From positions 33,948,990-33,998,482 of the forward strand of contig NC_068989.1 of assembly GCF_001194135.2 (NCBI RefSeq): DNA of 49,493 nucleotides. Direction: 5' to 3'. The position numbers and the translations under genes are program-made. This DNA comes from Octopus bimaculoides. Lineage: Eukaryota. The notes beneath the pieces were generated by a model. That model worked only from the letters and a program-made list of their open reading frames with translations. It was not told the origin of the DNA and searched no databases. Positions 1 to 12,767 of the stretch are shown here, piece after piece. Position 1 is the first letter of the stretch. Each line of letters starts with the position of its first letter.

Positions 1-3000
1 GCTCTTGATCGTAGATTTTAAATATTTGAGAGACAACAATGCATAAATCGTAATTTTTAAAAGAGCAATGAAATCTAGGTGAATAGAATATATACGTAGC
101 ATGAATTTAGGAAGCTTAGAAAATGAATAAGTATGAATTTAAGACAAAAACTGAATTCAATTGAATTTCATGGAGAGAAACAAGATAAATAATAGAGGGC
201 AGACTAAAGCGCGAAAGGTATGAGATGTTTGAGGCCGTAAATAAATAAAAATCTTCTCCGCTGCCATACTACGACGAAGTCTCCAAGATGCAGATAAGAT
301 AGAGGACAGTACGTACTACATAAGTAATTTCTACCTATGTAAGTTGCCTCCTGTCCACTTGAACCTTAAATGACACAGCACAGGTCATAAGCTGAAGGGG
401 AATCCATTCATCACTTTTTGACAGAACAAAGAAATTTCTTTCATGCCTGTTTGGCCAGTGGTGGATCAGATGAGCGAGAATCCTTAGATTCGGTTTCGAA
501 TCTCAGCTCTGAAAAAGGAGGTGTTAGTTTTTACACTACCCCACTTCTAGTGAGAAAGCCACCAAGCTCAAACAATACAGATGCGTGTGATATTGAAAAT
601 GTGTAATTTTGTGTGTAATGCAGATAAATGGATACATTGTCATTTACAAACAAATAAATACATGTCAAAAACATGGGAAGTGAAAGAAATGAAAAATAAA
701 AATATAAAGCTAAAAAGCAATGTTCAGAGTTGGTGTGTGCAATATATGTTAGGCAATGTGTATATGCCTAGGCAAAAGTATAAATGTAATATGTTGGCGT
801 GTTGAAAGAGAAAGGCAATTCTATTGATTATGCAACCCACTAGAGGTAAGTTGTCTTTCAGTGGCGTGGAGAGCAAGTGATAGCACACATTAAAATATGG
901 GTGGTGCTAGTGTGTAAGCATACAGGTGTGATGTAAAAAGCAAAACATATGTACATGCAAGGAAATGTAATTTTACAGAAAAATGAAAATGTTGATGGAA
1001 AAAGTTCAATGGTGAAATATTCAGTCAGTTCAATTAGCAGAACAATGTTCATAAAAAATGTTTTTCGTTGATATAGAAAAATGTTTTTTTATACAAAATG
1101 TTCTTTGTTTTGTTTTGGTTTGTATGTGGGTGATGCAGAGTCACTTGGGTTATGTATGTATAAATTATTTACAACCACGAGAAAAAAACAAGTTGTTTTT
1201 ATTTGTTGGTGTGGACATTGTGAACCAGGATGTGCCAGGGAATGCAAACGGCACGTCTATGTTTCTGTGGCACATACGGACGTTCATGACCAGTGGAGGT
1301 GTCGCATCAAATATAGCTTGTAGCAAAGGGTATCGGTGATTGTTGAAATTTCAGAGATGATGAATTCCGGAGTTGTAAAAGTTCTTCATCATCTTGTTGA
1401 TCAGCTGCAATCTGCTGGAGATCAGTGGTGGCAATGGTGTGGATAGCGTTAAGTTCCGTGTGTGACAGGGCATCAGCTGCAGAGTTGTTTGCACACTTGA
1501 TGTGGCGAATGTCTGTTGTGTACTATGATATGAAGTCTAGATGTCGGATTTTACTGAGTGAGTGATGATTGGGCTTAGTGTTAAAGGCATAAACCAGCAG
1601 TTTGTGGTCAGTATAAATGGAGAAAACGTGACCTTCCAGCATGTGTGGAAAATGCTTGACAGCGAGATACACTACCAGTAATTCTTGACTGCAGGTACTG
1701 TATTTAGTCTCGACAGATTTTAAGTGATTGAAGAAGAAGGATACAGGTTGCCAAATGCCGTCAGTGAGTCGTTGGAGTACACCACCAACTCTAGAATTGG
1801 ATGCATCAACTAGTACACACAGTGGGGCATCTAGTTTAGGATACACCAGCATGGTAGTGTTGGATAACACTTTTTTCAAGGCAGCGAAAGAGGCAAGTTG
1901 TTCTTCACTCAGGGCAATGTTTGTATTTTTGCATGTTCGCTATAAGTGGTTGGACTGTTTCTGTACAGTGGGGTAAAAAAATCTCTGGTAGAAATTCACC
2001 AAGCCAAGAAATTCCTGCAATTTGTGGAAAGATGTGGGTGGTGTCAAATTAACAATGGCTTTGACTTTCTCAGGAAGTGAGTGAATGCCATCGTTATCAA
2101 CGATGTGCCTGAGAAAATGAAGGAATGCAACTTTGAATGAACACTCGCTGGGGTTGATAACAATAACATATTTACTCAGGCGTTGGAATAGCAGATGGAG
2201 GTGTTGATCTTCGTCTGAGCTATTGGCCACACCGTCTATGTATGCATAGACAAAAGGCAAACTCTGGTAACTGTGTCTATAACATGTTGGTCTGTGCCAC
2301 ATTGTGTAAACCAAAAGGCATACACAGGAATTCAAACATTCCGAAGGGTGTCGTGACTGCTGTCTTCGGAATATCCACAGGTTCTACAGGGATTCGATTG
2401 TAAGCTCACACAAAGTCGATCTTTGAAAAGATGCAAGCTCCATGCAATGAGCTAACAAAGTCCTGTAGGAGTGGAACAGGATATGCATCAGGTACAGTGC
2501 AGTTATTTAGTGATTGATAATCATCACAAACTCGCCAATTGGTTGATGACTTCTTAGGAACGGTGTATTGGCAAAGACCAGTTGCTGCTAGAGGTGCGGA
2601 TGATTCTAAGGTCGAGCATGTGCTAGAATTCTCACTTGATAGCTTTGAGACGATCTGGTGGTAACCTTTGGGGTTGTGCAGCAACAGGTGGACCATGGGT
2701 TTTGATGTGGTGGGTGACTTCATGCTTGATAGGCTGACTATGGAATACTGGTCGAGCAACATTCGGGTATTCTTTAAGGATAGCACTGTGATGGGTTGTC
2801 ATTGTTTGCAAAATGGTTGAGCTGACTGTGGCCATACAAGCGGTTATACCCTACCAGGAGACCAAAATGATGAAGGAAACTGGCTCCTAATATAGGGGTC
2901 AGTAGTTTAACGATGACAAATACCCATTGGAAGGTGCGGCATAGTCCTAAGTTTAATGTTAGGGACTGTTCACCATAGGTTGGAATTGGTGAGTGGTTGA

Positions 3001-3592
3001 CTGCCTGAAGACAGACTGGTGTCTCTTTTCTTTTGCCTGAAGTGCAGGAAACAGGGATTATGCTGACTTCCGCACCATTGTCAATAAGGAAACACATGCT
3101 TGTTACATGATTGCAAACAAAAAAACAGGCAACTTTGTGGGTGAGAGCCAGGAATTTCCATCGTGTTCAATTCCTCGCTGTGTTGTTTCCCGAATAGGAT
3201 GCTGAAAATGAGCATAGAGTCATGCATTTCTGCACCCGTGTTCCAAATTTTCAGTGGTACCAATAATTCCTGTGAATTATGGGTGGCACTCAGGCTTCAG
3301 GACCATCTACCAAATTGACGCCATGGGCTGTTATTTCGATGCAGGGTACCAAGTGATAGGGCTTGTATCTGTGATGCCTACTGCGCCACCAATGAACACA
3401 AGTCGGAAATTTCTGAAGCACTGGACGATGAAAGGAAAGGATTGGTGGAAGGAATCGCTGCCTGGAATGATATGTTGACCATAGCTGAGTTCACCGCTGG
3501 GTTGTATTCTGGTAAAGCCATCATGTGATGACTAACCGCAGCAATTTTCCAGTTCTGATTTAGTGATGTGTGATGTGAAGAGTGTCATTCTT

Positions 3593-3606
3593 CGTCTGAG
3601 TCACCA
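3593..3606 (-). promoter_or_regulatory. Primer binding site of the Gypsy element, tRNA-Trp-like
   Basis: The minus strand reads ...CTACA-TT-TGGTGACTCAGACG. This is complementary to CGTCTGAGTCACCA, two mismatches from the metazoan tRNA-Trp 3' end as I recall it (CGTCGGGGTCACCA). Confidence 0.6.
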
Positions 3607-3608
3607 AA

Positions 3609-3775
3609 TGTAGCGGGATGGTGTAGCAAATGATGTTGTTGAGGTAGCAGGTGAAATAGGCATGTGGATGACATCAAAGCAATGGGAAAGCATTGGATTG
3701 TGGTTTAAATAATTTATTTAGTTGACACTTGCAATTACGTGTTGTATACACCAGAAAATTCAAAACTAATCTACA
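3609..3775 (-). repeat. Putative 5' LTR, about 167 bp, with no partner LTR seen
   Basis: Bounded by the TGTAG...CTACA inverted termini, adjacent to the PBS, and containing a minus-strand AATAAA near 3712. The outer boundary is uncertain. Confidence 0.5.
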
Positions 3776-4780
3776 CTGTATGTAATTTTATGGGACCGAA
3801 ATTGTGTTAATTTAGGTCTTTAAAACAGATGGGTGTCATTTTCATCTTAATTTATCAATCCCCTGTGTTTGCTTCATGATATTTCTTGATTCAATGAAGT
3901 TAATTTGGTATCTCAACGGTGAGAATAGAGATTAAAACCTTTCTATTACAGGAATTTAATTCACAGTCAATCTCCATCTGTGTTCTACTGCATGGCACTC
4001 AAATAAATGTTTCTTTGTCCTCATCATGGTTTCAATTAAAGAAAGGGAAGAAGATATTGCATGATGTCGTCCAAGATAAATTATGTTGGAGTATAGTGTT
4101 TATCACTGGAACACTTGATCATAATAGATCTGGTGGATTGGAGGTAACTTAGTGTTAACTACAATAACCAGTCACTTTTGTAGTTTGTAATTACAGTAAT
4201 AGAACCACACTGAATGAAGAATATAAAATACATTAAAGTACTCTCTCTATAATAATTTTAACATGTTAACTGTAAATATCCAACCTATTATACTTTAAGG
4301 TTTTATGGGTGCTTTCTTATTTCTGTACATATGTTGGCTGTATCTTTGGACTATAGTGTTAGGAATCAAAGTATATTTCATTGCTAGTTTATTGCATCAG
4401 TATACATACACATGTTTGTGTAGTATTAGCCCATTGGCTTCTATCCTCTGCTCTTCAAGACCTTTGTTAGCAGAAGTAATAGTTCCCTGAACTTTTCCAG
4501 CCTGTTCTCTCTGCTATACATTTGGTGCTTGTGTACTGATCAGGCATTTAAGAGAATATATTTCTGGTGTACTCTGAATGCTTATGGTCCCAGTGCAGCT
4601 CCAATTATAAAACCTGCTTTCTCTGTTAGCCCCATGTGATCCCACAACAGCTTTGTGCATCCGTAGCTTATACTGATTACAGCATATGGAGTTCCTATCT
4701 ACTCCTTTTCTGCATATTAAACAGTCATTTGTTAGAACCTTATCTTTTCTGCTCATTATATATATATATGTTTGTGTGTG

Positions 4781-5105
4781 CAATGTCAGTATGCTTGTAC
4801 AACAGCGTAAATGTCTTGAGAGAAAAACTGGGCATAAGAGGCATCAGATGTGGTGTGCAAGAGAAATGAATGCACTGATATGGTGATGTGATGTGTATGG
4901 ATGAGGACAGCTGTGTAAAGAAGTGCTGATCTGTAACTGGAGGGAACCTGTGGAAGAGGTAGACCAAGGAAGACATGGGATGAGGTGGTGAAGCATGATC
5001 TTCGAATGTTAGGCCTAACACTGGTGATAAGTGATTGTAACGTTTGCTGTGCTTGAGAAAACTCAAGCCAAGTGGTAAATGGCACCCATGCCAGTGGAAT
5101 GCAAA
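4781..5105 (+). mobile_element. RTE-type LINE 3' fragment
   Basis: Degenerate ORF2 C-terminus VLREKLGIRGIRCGVQEK...EGTCGRGRPRKTWDEVVKHDL. Same family as 15313-15925. Confidence 0.75.
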
Positions 5106-6622
<1,517 letters not shown>

Positions 6623-6629
6623 TATATAT

Positions 6630-6832
6630 GTGTGTGTGTGTGCACCTGTGTTTGTCTCCCACCACTGCTTGGCAACTGGTATTGGTTGATTTGTCTTCAG
6701 AATGGTTCAGCAGAAGAGATTGATAGAATAAGTACCATTCTTAAAAATAAGTACTGGGGTTGATTTGTTTGACTAAACCCTTCAAGGTAGTGCTCCAGCA
6801 TAGCTGCAGACTGAAATGCGTAAACAATAAAA
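6630..6832 (+). mobile_element. SINE 3' portion
   Basis: GATAGAATAAGTACC...AATAAGTACTGGGGTTGATTTG...TCAAGGTAGTGCTCCAGCA body, related to 17021-17332. Confidence 0.65.
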
Positions 6833-7097
6833 GGTTGTCTTAAAAAGGAGAGCAGGTTATAGTTGAGGTGCCTCTATCATAAGTTTGCTTAATTAGGTTT
6901 TACCTTGGTCAGAACAACAATAGTCTACTTTTAATAAGGTTATCTTAATCAACACTAATTTAGCTTTAAATATAATGCTATGATAAGAAAGCTGTATGTG
7001 ATGGTTCACCTTGCTAAAAATGCACTCAAATTACCCTCATGTTACACCCTACCTTCTAGTAAGGAGATGGATAAATTGGCTCAATTCAGCTGTTCAG

Positions 7098-7209
7098 GTA
7101 AATGTTTATATTTACAGTTTATCAATGTAGAAATGTTAAATATTTTACTGTTAAATACTATTTAAATATTCCTTATATCTTATAGTTTTTGTTTTTGTTT
7201 TCATTTCAG
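7098..7209 (+). other. Putative 5'UTR intron of ZNF gene 1
   Basis: CAG|GTAAAT donor at 7098 and TCATTTCAG acceptor ending at 7209. Both are conserved in the paralog (41952 and 42300). Confidence 0.55.
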
Positions 7210-7533
7210 AATAACAAATGAGATTGCCTTGCAGTATTTTTAACTTATGATCCTTCATCAATATTTATCATCTAAAGGTAGATGCTATATACTATACAGG
7301 ACATATAAACCTTTATTTCATTAATCTCTGGTAGAATTACTGAGAGAGATTTCTTCAAAGTAAAGTTATTTGCAAACTATCTCCACTTCACTGTCTGGAA
7401 TGTTTACAAGATGAATTTGTTGTCAACAGTATAAGACACAAAGAACACAATTGTTGTAAAAATATTTACTTAGAATACAATATAAAAAAAACAAAGAACA
7501 GTATTTGCATACTGTAGTGATAGACGAAAAATT

Positions 7534-9309
7534 ATGGAAAATGAATTATGTGACAACCAAAATAAATGCAAGTCAGAGTTGCTTAGAACAGATTTTCCTG
7601 ATGAAAATCTGAAAGAGATGAGGAAAATATCATACCACTGTGATATCTGTAAAAAGTCATTCACTCAGAAAAGTAATCTAACTACTCACAAACGTATTCA
7701 TACTGGAGAGAAACGCTATTGTTGTGATATCTGTGGTAAATCATTCCTTCGAAATGATGAGGTTGCTATTCACAAACGTATTCATACAGGGGAGAAACCA
7801 TATCATTGTGATATCTGTGGTAAATCATTCTCTGTGAAGAGTACCTTAACTAAACACAAACGCATTCATACAGGAGAAAAACCATATCACTGTGATATTT
7901 GTGGTAAATCATTTTCAGAGAAAGGTGCTTTAACTCAGCACAAACGTACTCATACAGGAGTGAAGCCATATCATTGTAATATCTGTGGTAAATCATTCTC
8001 TCAAAGCAGTAGCTTAACTAAACACAAAGACCTTCATACAGGGGAGAAGCCCTATCAGTGTGATATCTGTGGTAAATCATTCTCTGAAAATGGTACATTA
8101 ACTACTCACAAACGTATTCATACAGGTGAGAAGCCCTATCACTGTGATGTCTGTGGTAAATCATTCTGTCAAAAAAATGATTTAAATACTCACAAACGTA
8201 TTCATACAGGTGAGAAACCATATCACTGTAATATATGTGGTAAATCTTTTACTCGAAGTGGGGAGTTAACTAGTCACAAACGTATTCATACAGGAGAGAA
8301 GCCATATTGCTGTGCTATCTGTGGTAAATCATTTTCTCAAGGAAGTGCCTTAATTAGCCACAAACGTGTTCATACAGGAGAGAAGCCATATTACTGTGAT
8401 ATATGTGGTAAATCATTTTCTGTAAGTAGTGAAATAACTCCTCACAAACGTATTCATACTGGAGTGAAGCCCTATCACTGTGATATCTGTGGTAAGTCAT
8501 TTGTTCGAAATGATTACTTAACTAACCATAAACGCATTCATACCGGAGAAAAACCATATCACTGTGATATCTGTGGTAAATCATTCTCGCTAAGTTGTCA
8601 GTTAACTACTCACCAACGCATTCATACTGGAGCAAAGCCATATCGTTGTGATATATGTGGTAAATCATTCCCACAAACTTGTGGATTAACTTCTCACAAA
8701 CGTATTCATACAGGAGAAAAACCATATCACTGTGATGTCTGTGGTAAATCATTCACTGTAAATAGTACATTAACAAAACACAAACGCATTCATACAGGAG
8801 AGAAGCCATATCACTGTGATATCTGTGGTAAAACATTCTCTGAAGGAAGTGCCTTAACTAAACACAGACATGTTCATACTGGAGTAAAGCCTTATCACTG
8901 TAATATCTGTGGTAAAATGTTCTCTGGATGCAGTAACTTGACTATTCACAAACGGATTCATACTGGAGAAAGGCCATATCACTGTGATATCTGTGGTAAA
9001 TCTTTCTCTGTAACTAGTCGCTTAACTAATCATAAACGCATTCATACTGGAGAGAAGCCATATTGTTGCAATGTGTGCGATAAATCTTTCTCAGAAGGAA
9101 GTGCCTTAACTAAGCATAGACGTATTCATACAGGAGAGAAGCCATACTGCTGTAATATCTGTGGTAAATCATTCACTGTAAATAGTACTTTGACTAAACA
9201 CAAACGCATTCATACAGGAGAGAAGCCATATCACTGTGTTATCTGTGGTAAATCATTCTCTAAAAAATCTCACTTAGCTGCGCATGTATGTATTCCTACA
9301 GAAGACTGA
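7534..9309 (+). CDS. Tandem C2H2 zinc-finger protein (ZNF gene 1), 591 aa, 19 canonical fingers plus a terminal finger lacking the second His
   Basis: Uninterrupted ORF of 28-aa repeats CxxCGKSF...[11 protein letters not shown]. Short N-terminus MENEL..., with no KRAB, SCAN or BTB domain visible. Confidence 0.95.
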   Translation: MENELCDNQNKCKSELLRTDFPDENLKEMRKISYHCDICKKSFTQKSNLTTHKRIHTGEKRYCCDICGKSFLRNDEVAIHKRIHTGEKPYHCDICGKSFSVKSTLTKHKRIHTGEKPYHCDICGKSFSEKGALTQHKRTHTGVKPYHCNICGKSFSQSSSLTKHKDLHTGEKPYQCDICGKSFSENGTLTTHKRIHTGEKPYHCDVCGKSFCQKNDLNTHKRIHTGEKPYHCNICGKSFTRSGELTSHKRIHTGEKPYCCAICGKSFSQGSALISHKRVHTGEKPYYCDICGKSFSVSSEITPHKRIHTGVKPYHCDICGKSFVRNDYLTNHKRIHTGEKPYHCDICGKSFSLSCQLTTHQRIHTGAKPYRCDICGKSFPQTCGLTSHKRIHTGEKPYHCDVCGKSFTVNSTLTKHKRIHTGEKPYHCDICGKTFSEGSALTKHRHVHTGVKPYHCNICGKMFSGCSNLTIHKRIHTGERPYHCDICGKSFSVTSRLTNHKRIHTGEKPYCCNVCDKSFSEGSALTKHRRIHTGEKPYCCNICGKSFTVNSTLTKHKRIHTGEKPYHCVICGKSFSKKSHLAAHVCIPTED

Positions 9310-9591
9310 CACTTCCAATATCATCTTATATTAATATATAACCTATAAACACATTCATAGAGAAAAGAGATATAGCTGTGCCTGAAACTAACTTCCCAAT
9401 ACTATTGTATATAGCCACAATGATATATTGGGGATGTAATGCAGTTCCTCTTAGAGTTTTTCTTGTTAATATGTGGGATTCTTCTCTTGTGACGCTACAT
9501 TTTGCTAAGTTGTACACAATTATAACAATCTATTAACATAATCAGGAATATTATTTACATTTGATGGATATTTGTCCTCATCTTGTTTGTT

Positions 9592-9638
9592 GTTAACAAT
9601 GTTTCGGCTGATATACCCTCCAGCCTTCATCAGGTGTC
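9592..9638 (-). ncRNA. Minimal hammerhead ribozyme relic with intact CTGATGA/GAAA core but damaged stem III
   Basis: The minus strand reads GACAC-CTGATGA-AGGCTGGAGGGTATATCAGCC-GAAACATTGTTAAC. Confidence 0.6.
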
Positions 9639-9847
9639 TTGGGGAAATTTCGAACCTGGGTTCTTATTCCTAAGGTATTTTTTGATATTATTATTATTCA
9701 GATCACTGCCGGGCATATGGTGTAGTGGTTAAGAGCGCGGGCTACTAACCCCAAGATTCTGAGTTCGATTCCAGGCAGTGACCTGATAATAATAATAATA
9801 TCGAAAAATACTTTAGAAATAAGAACCCAGGTTCGAAATTTCCCCAA

Positions 9848-9893
9848 GACACCTGATGAAGGCTGGAGAGTATATCAGCCAAAACGTTGTGTT
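9848..9893 (+). ncRNA. Minimal type I hammerhead ribozyme relic with G12 changed to A
   Basis: Stem I GACAC/GTGTT, core CTGATGA, stem II GGCTG/CAGCC, AAAA in place of GAAA, palindromic stem III ACGT. Confidence 0.65.
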
Positions 9894-11649
9894 AACAACA
9901 AGCAAGATGAGGACAAATATCCGTCAGATGTACATAATTCCTCATCTCTTAAATATAGAACTGTATAATCAGTAATGTCTGAAAATAACCGATTCTATAA
10001 TACTGATTGAAGAAAAATAGCCTACCATCAATAACTTGCCTATAGATAGTTTTGATGAGTGAAAATTGCAGACTTCGTGGTCTGTTATATCCTAAGCATA
10101 CTTGCAAAAACCCAGTAAGTAGAAAAAGGCATGACTTGAATAAAATTAGAATGAAACTCATTAAAATATTTAGTAAATCAAATCTTAAGAAAACAAAAAG
10201 TGTATACCTCGAAATAGTTACCTATAAATTTACACTCTAGAGAACAGTACTAATTCCATATAATGAACAGGGAGACGATTTATATGTACAAAGGCATCAG
10301 CCATAATCAAAGTATGTTCTATAAAACCATCTTCCTCTCAAACTATTGAGCATGGAAATAGTACGATTGTGTGGTTCAATCTATTCTTTAGTATCAACGT
10401 AGCCATGAATATAGCTAGATGGTTCTTATTCATAGTAGACATGGTTTTTCTTGCAAACCACACTGATTACAAGAACTCTGTTGAAGTTCGCTTTAGTTCA
10501 AGCAATATAAAGTCACATATATTCAGCTACAATAAAGAAGTCAGATGATATAGGATCATTTCAGATACACAGCCAACTTCTGAATAACAAACGCCTTGGA
10601 AAGGTATTGGTGTATAGACCTGATGTTTAGATAGTAAAGGGATAAAAAATACAAAACATACATCAGCCTCATCAAAAATACATTTGCACAATGGTCTTGT
10701 TTAATTTAGACAGAATAAATGCAATTCCTCCTCACTGTCAATGATTTTTTTTGTTGTCATTCTTTTTTTTTTACCTTTGTTTTTCCTTGCTAGCATGGAT
10801 GAGATGAATTTGTTATTGAGACATTGTTTTACAGCTGAATGTCCTTCCTGTCACTACTTCTTACTTGCTTTTCAACTAAAAGGTCACTTATTTAACATAT
10901 CTTTGAAAGTATAAAACATGTGGACAACTACTATAACCAATTCGATTAATAATCAAATTGATCTACAGTTAAATCTATTCAAAAATATAGTCACTTTTCG
11001 AGTCTAAAATAAAATAAAAATAATTTTAAAAATCAATGTATGTATTGTAACTTATACTAAATATCTAAAAAAAATACTTGTTTTAACAATAAATAAATAA
11101 ATAATCGAAAAGCATTTAACAATATTTCTTAAAATAAAAACACAACTTATCGAAGAATTGCTGTAAACTAAAATTTCAAACGTAATATGTAGAACTTAGC
11201 GTTTATACAAAATATATCGCGTGAAAATACGGCGTAAATAAAAAATTATGGAATAATGAGATAGAAATATGTATTTAAACTGTTAAGATGACTTAATGTA
11301 TTTTAGATGTGAGAATAAGGAAAAAATAAACTGTAGTATATCATTTACTTAAAAATACTAAAGTCTAAATAACTTAAATCTAAAATACGTAAAATACATT
11401 ATATATTATATACATAAGTGAAGCTAAATTACAATAATTCAATCTATTTATTTATATATTTTATAAACATCTTAGTTTAATTTTATTCTAAATATGTAAT
11501 ATATCCTTTATAATCTCATGCTAATTTATACACATTCTACTACTACAAATCAACTACAACAATTAGTAACATAAATTAGGGTTCATATAAATACACAACT
11601 CAGCTAAACTTATATAAGTAATTTAATTTATGTCTGCATTTAATTTTTT

Positions 11650-11990
11650 GTTCATCTAGGGAATTAATTTTTTATCAGTTAATAATATCTCCTTAAATTC
11701 ATTAGTACATAATAAACAAAAAGCACTACCTATTCGTTAAGATTTAGCCTTACAAACGATCTCCCAATTTAAATTGTGCATAATATTTTTAGATTTTAGT
11801 TCCCATATATATTTACTAAGGCCAGTAGAATTAATTAAATTTCTATTCTTAAAAGAATTCACATGTTGAGCCACACGTAATTTAATTTTGTTAGAAGTCG
11901 ACCCTATGTAAATAGTATTTAAATTATAACCATTCATACTATTATCATAAAGCAAAGTCACTACACATTTATATACTACGTCCTCCAAAT
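11650..11990 (-). mobile_element. Penelope-like element GIY-YIG endonuclease fragment
   Basis: VVYKC...IYIGSTS...R..QH..SFKN...STGLSKYIWELK...WEIV.KAKS, followed by FCLLCTNE. Confidence 0.8.
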
Positions 11991-12370
11991 TACAGTTATT
12001 ATTAAATTTTCATTTATTTTTATCTCTACATGTACAATTATGTTCTGGTCTGTATTATTATTATTGGAATAATTACTTGATTTGTTTTTGTAAAACTTAT
12101 TCAGCTTAAAGAAGAAATAATATTACCAACATTATTAGTAGTAGAGTAACCAACTCCAAAATTATCACTACAAAAAATGTTATTATATTTTTTATTATCT
12201 CTAATGAATACCTCAATTATATTTAAAATCTCTTTAATAATTTTTGTTTTAACTTTACACCATTTACTAGTTATTCTTTTATATATTTTATTGATTTTTT
12301 GAATAAGGTTTTTATGATATATTTATTTTCTAGAGGGTGTGAATTACATTCTTCTTTATTGAATTATTTA

Positions 12371-12411
<41 letters not shown>

Positions 12412-12416
12412 TTTTA

Positions 12417-12767
12417 TATATGACGTTGACCACTAACGTGAACATTCAATGTGCTAGAAATAGATCACATCTTGTGTCTAATAAGACCTAAATTGTTCTC
12501 AACATGAAATATAGCGTGATACCAAAACGTAAGCGGGCAAGACATTTAAAATCACCGAAAAAGGAACATTCTTAAACGGACCGGTTTCAAAATTTAACAA
12601 TCTTCTGTTTAAAAATGTTCCTTTTTCGGTGATTTTAAATGTCTTGCCTGCTTACGTTTTGGTATCACGCTATATTTCATATTGAGAACAATTTAGGTCT
12701 TATTAGACACAAGATGTGATCTATTTCTAGCACATTGAATGTCCACGTTAGTGGTCAACGTCATATA
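12417..12767. repeat. Near-perfect foldback (MITE-like) element
   Basis: Arms 12417-12577 and 12607-12767 (161 bp each, 4 mismatches) with a 29-bp spacer. Adjacent to a (TC)n(TA)n microsatellite. Confidence 0.9.

Larger units (their letters stand above)
1200..3775 (-). mobile_element. Degenerate Ty3/Gypsy LTR retrotransposon with gag internally deleted and the 3' end truncated within integrase
   Basis: Minus-strand fragments in Gypsy order: gag C-terminal YWYHxKFG motif (~3200-3280), protease FLIDNGAEVS (2774-3097), RT (2406-2786, 1940-2335), RNase H VDASN...YLAVKHF (1523-1879) and integrase start HSLAHPG (~1230-1250). Multiple frameshifts and stops. Confidence 0.92.
9556..9963. mobile_element. 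Head-to-head palindromic non-autonomous element with a tRNA-like head and hammerhead motifs (probably PLE-derived)
   Basis: Inverted arms 9556-9710 and 9774-9932 (~155 bp). The loop holds an A box TGGTGTAGTGG (9718-9728) and a B box GAGTTCGATTCC (9761-9772). Each arm carries CTGATGA-AGGCTG...CAGCC-(G/A)AAAC. Confidence 0.8.

Noticed and set aside
7534-9309. Regular 84-bp periodic array (CRISPR-like or satellite)
   Set aside because: Fully explained by C2H2 finger coding repeats in a eukaryotic context.
9711-9783. Functional tRNA gene (apparent ACT anticodon)
   Set aside because: The acceptor, anticodon and T stems pair poorly, there is no T-run terminator, and it is embedded in a repeat. 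It is treated as a tRNA-derived head.
9965-10700. Possible PLE coding remnant after the palindrome
   Set aside because: Translations gave no convincing RT or GIY-YIG motif.
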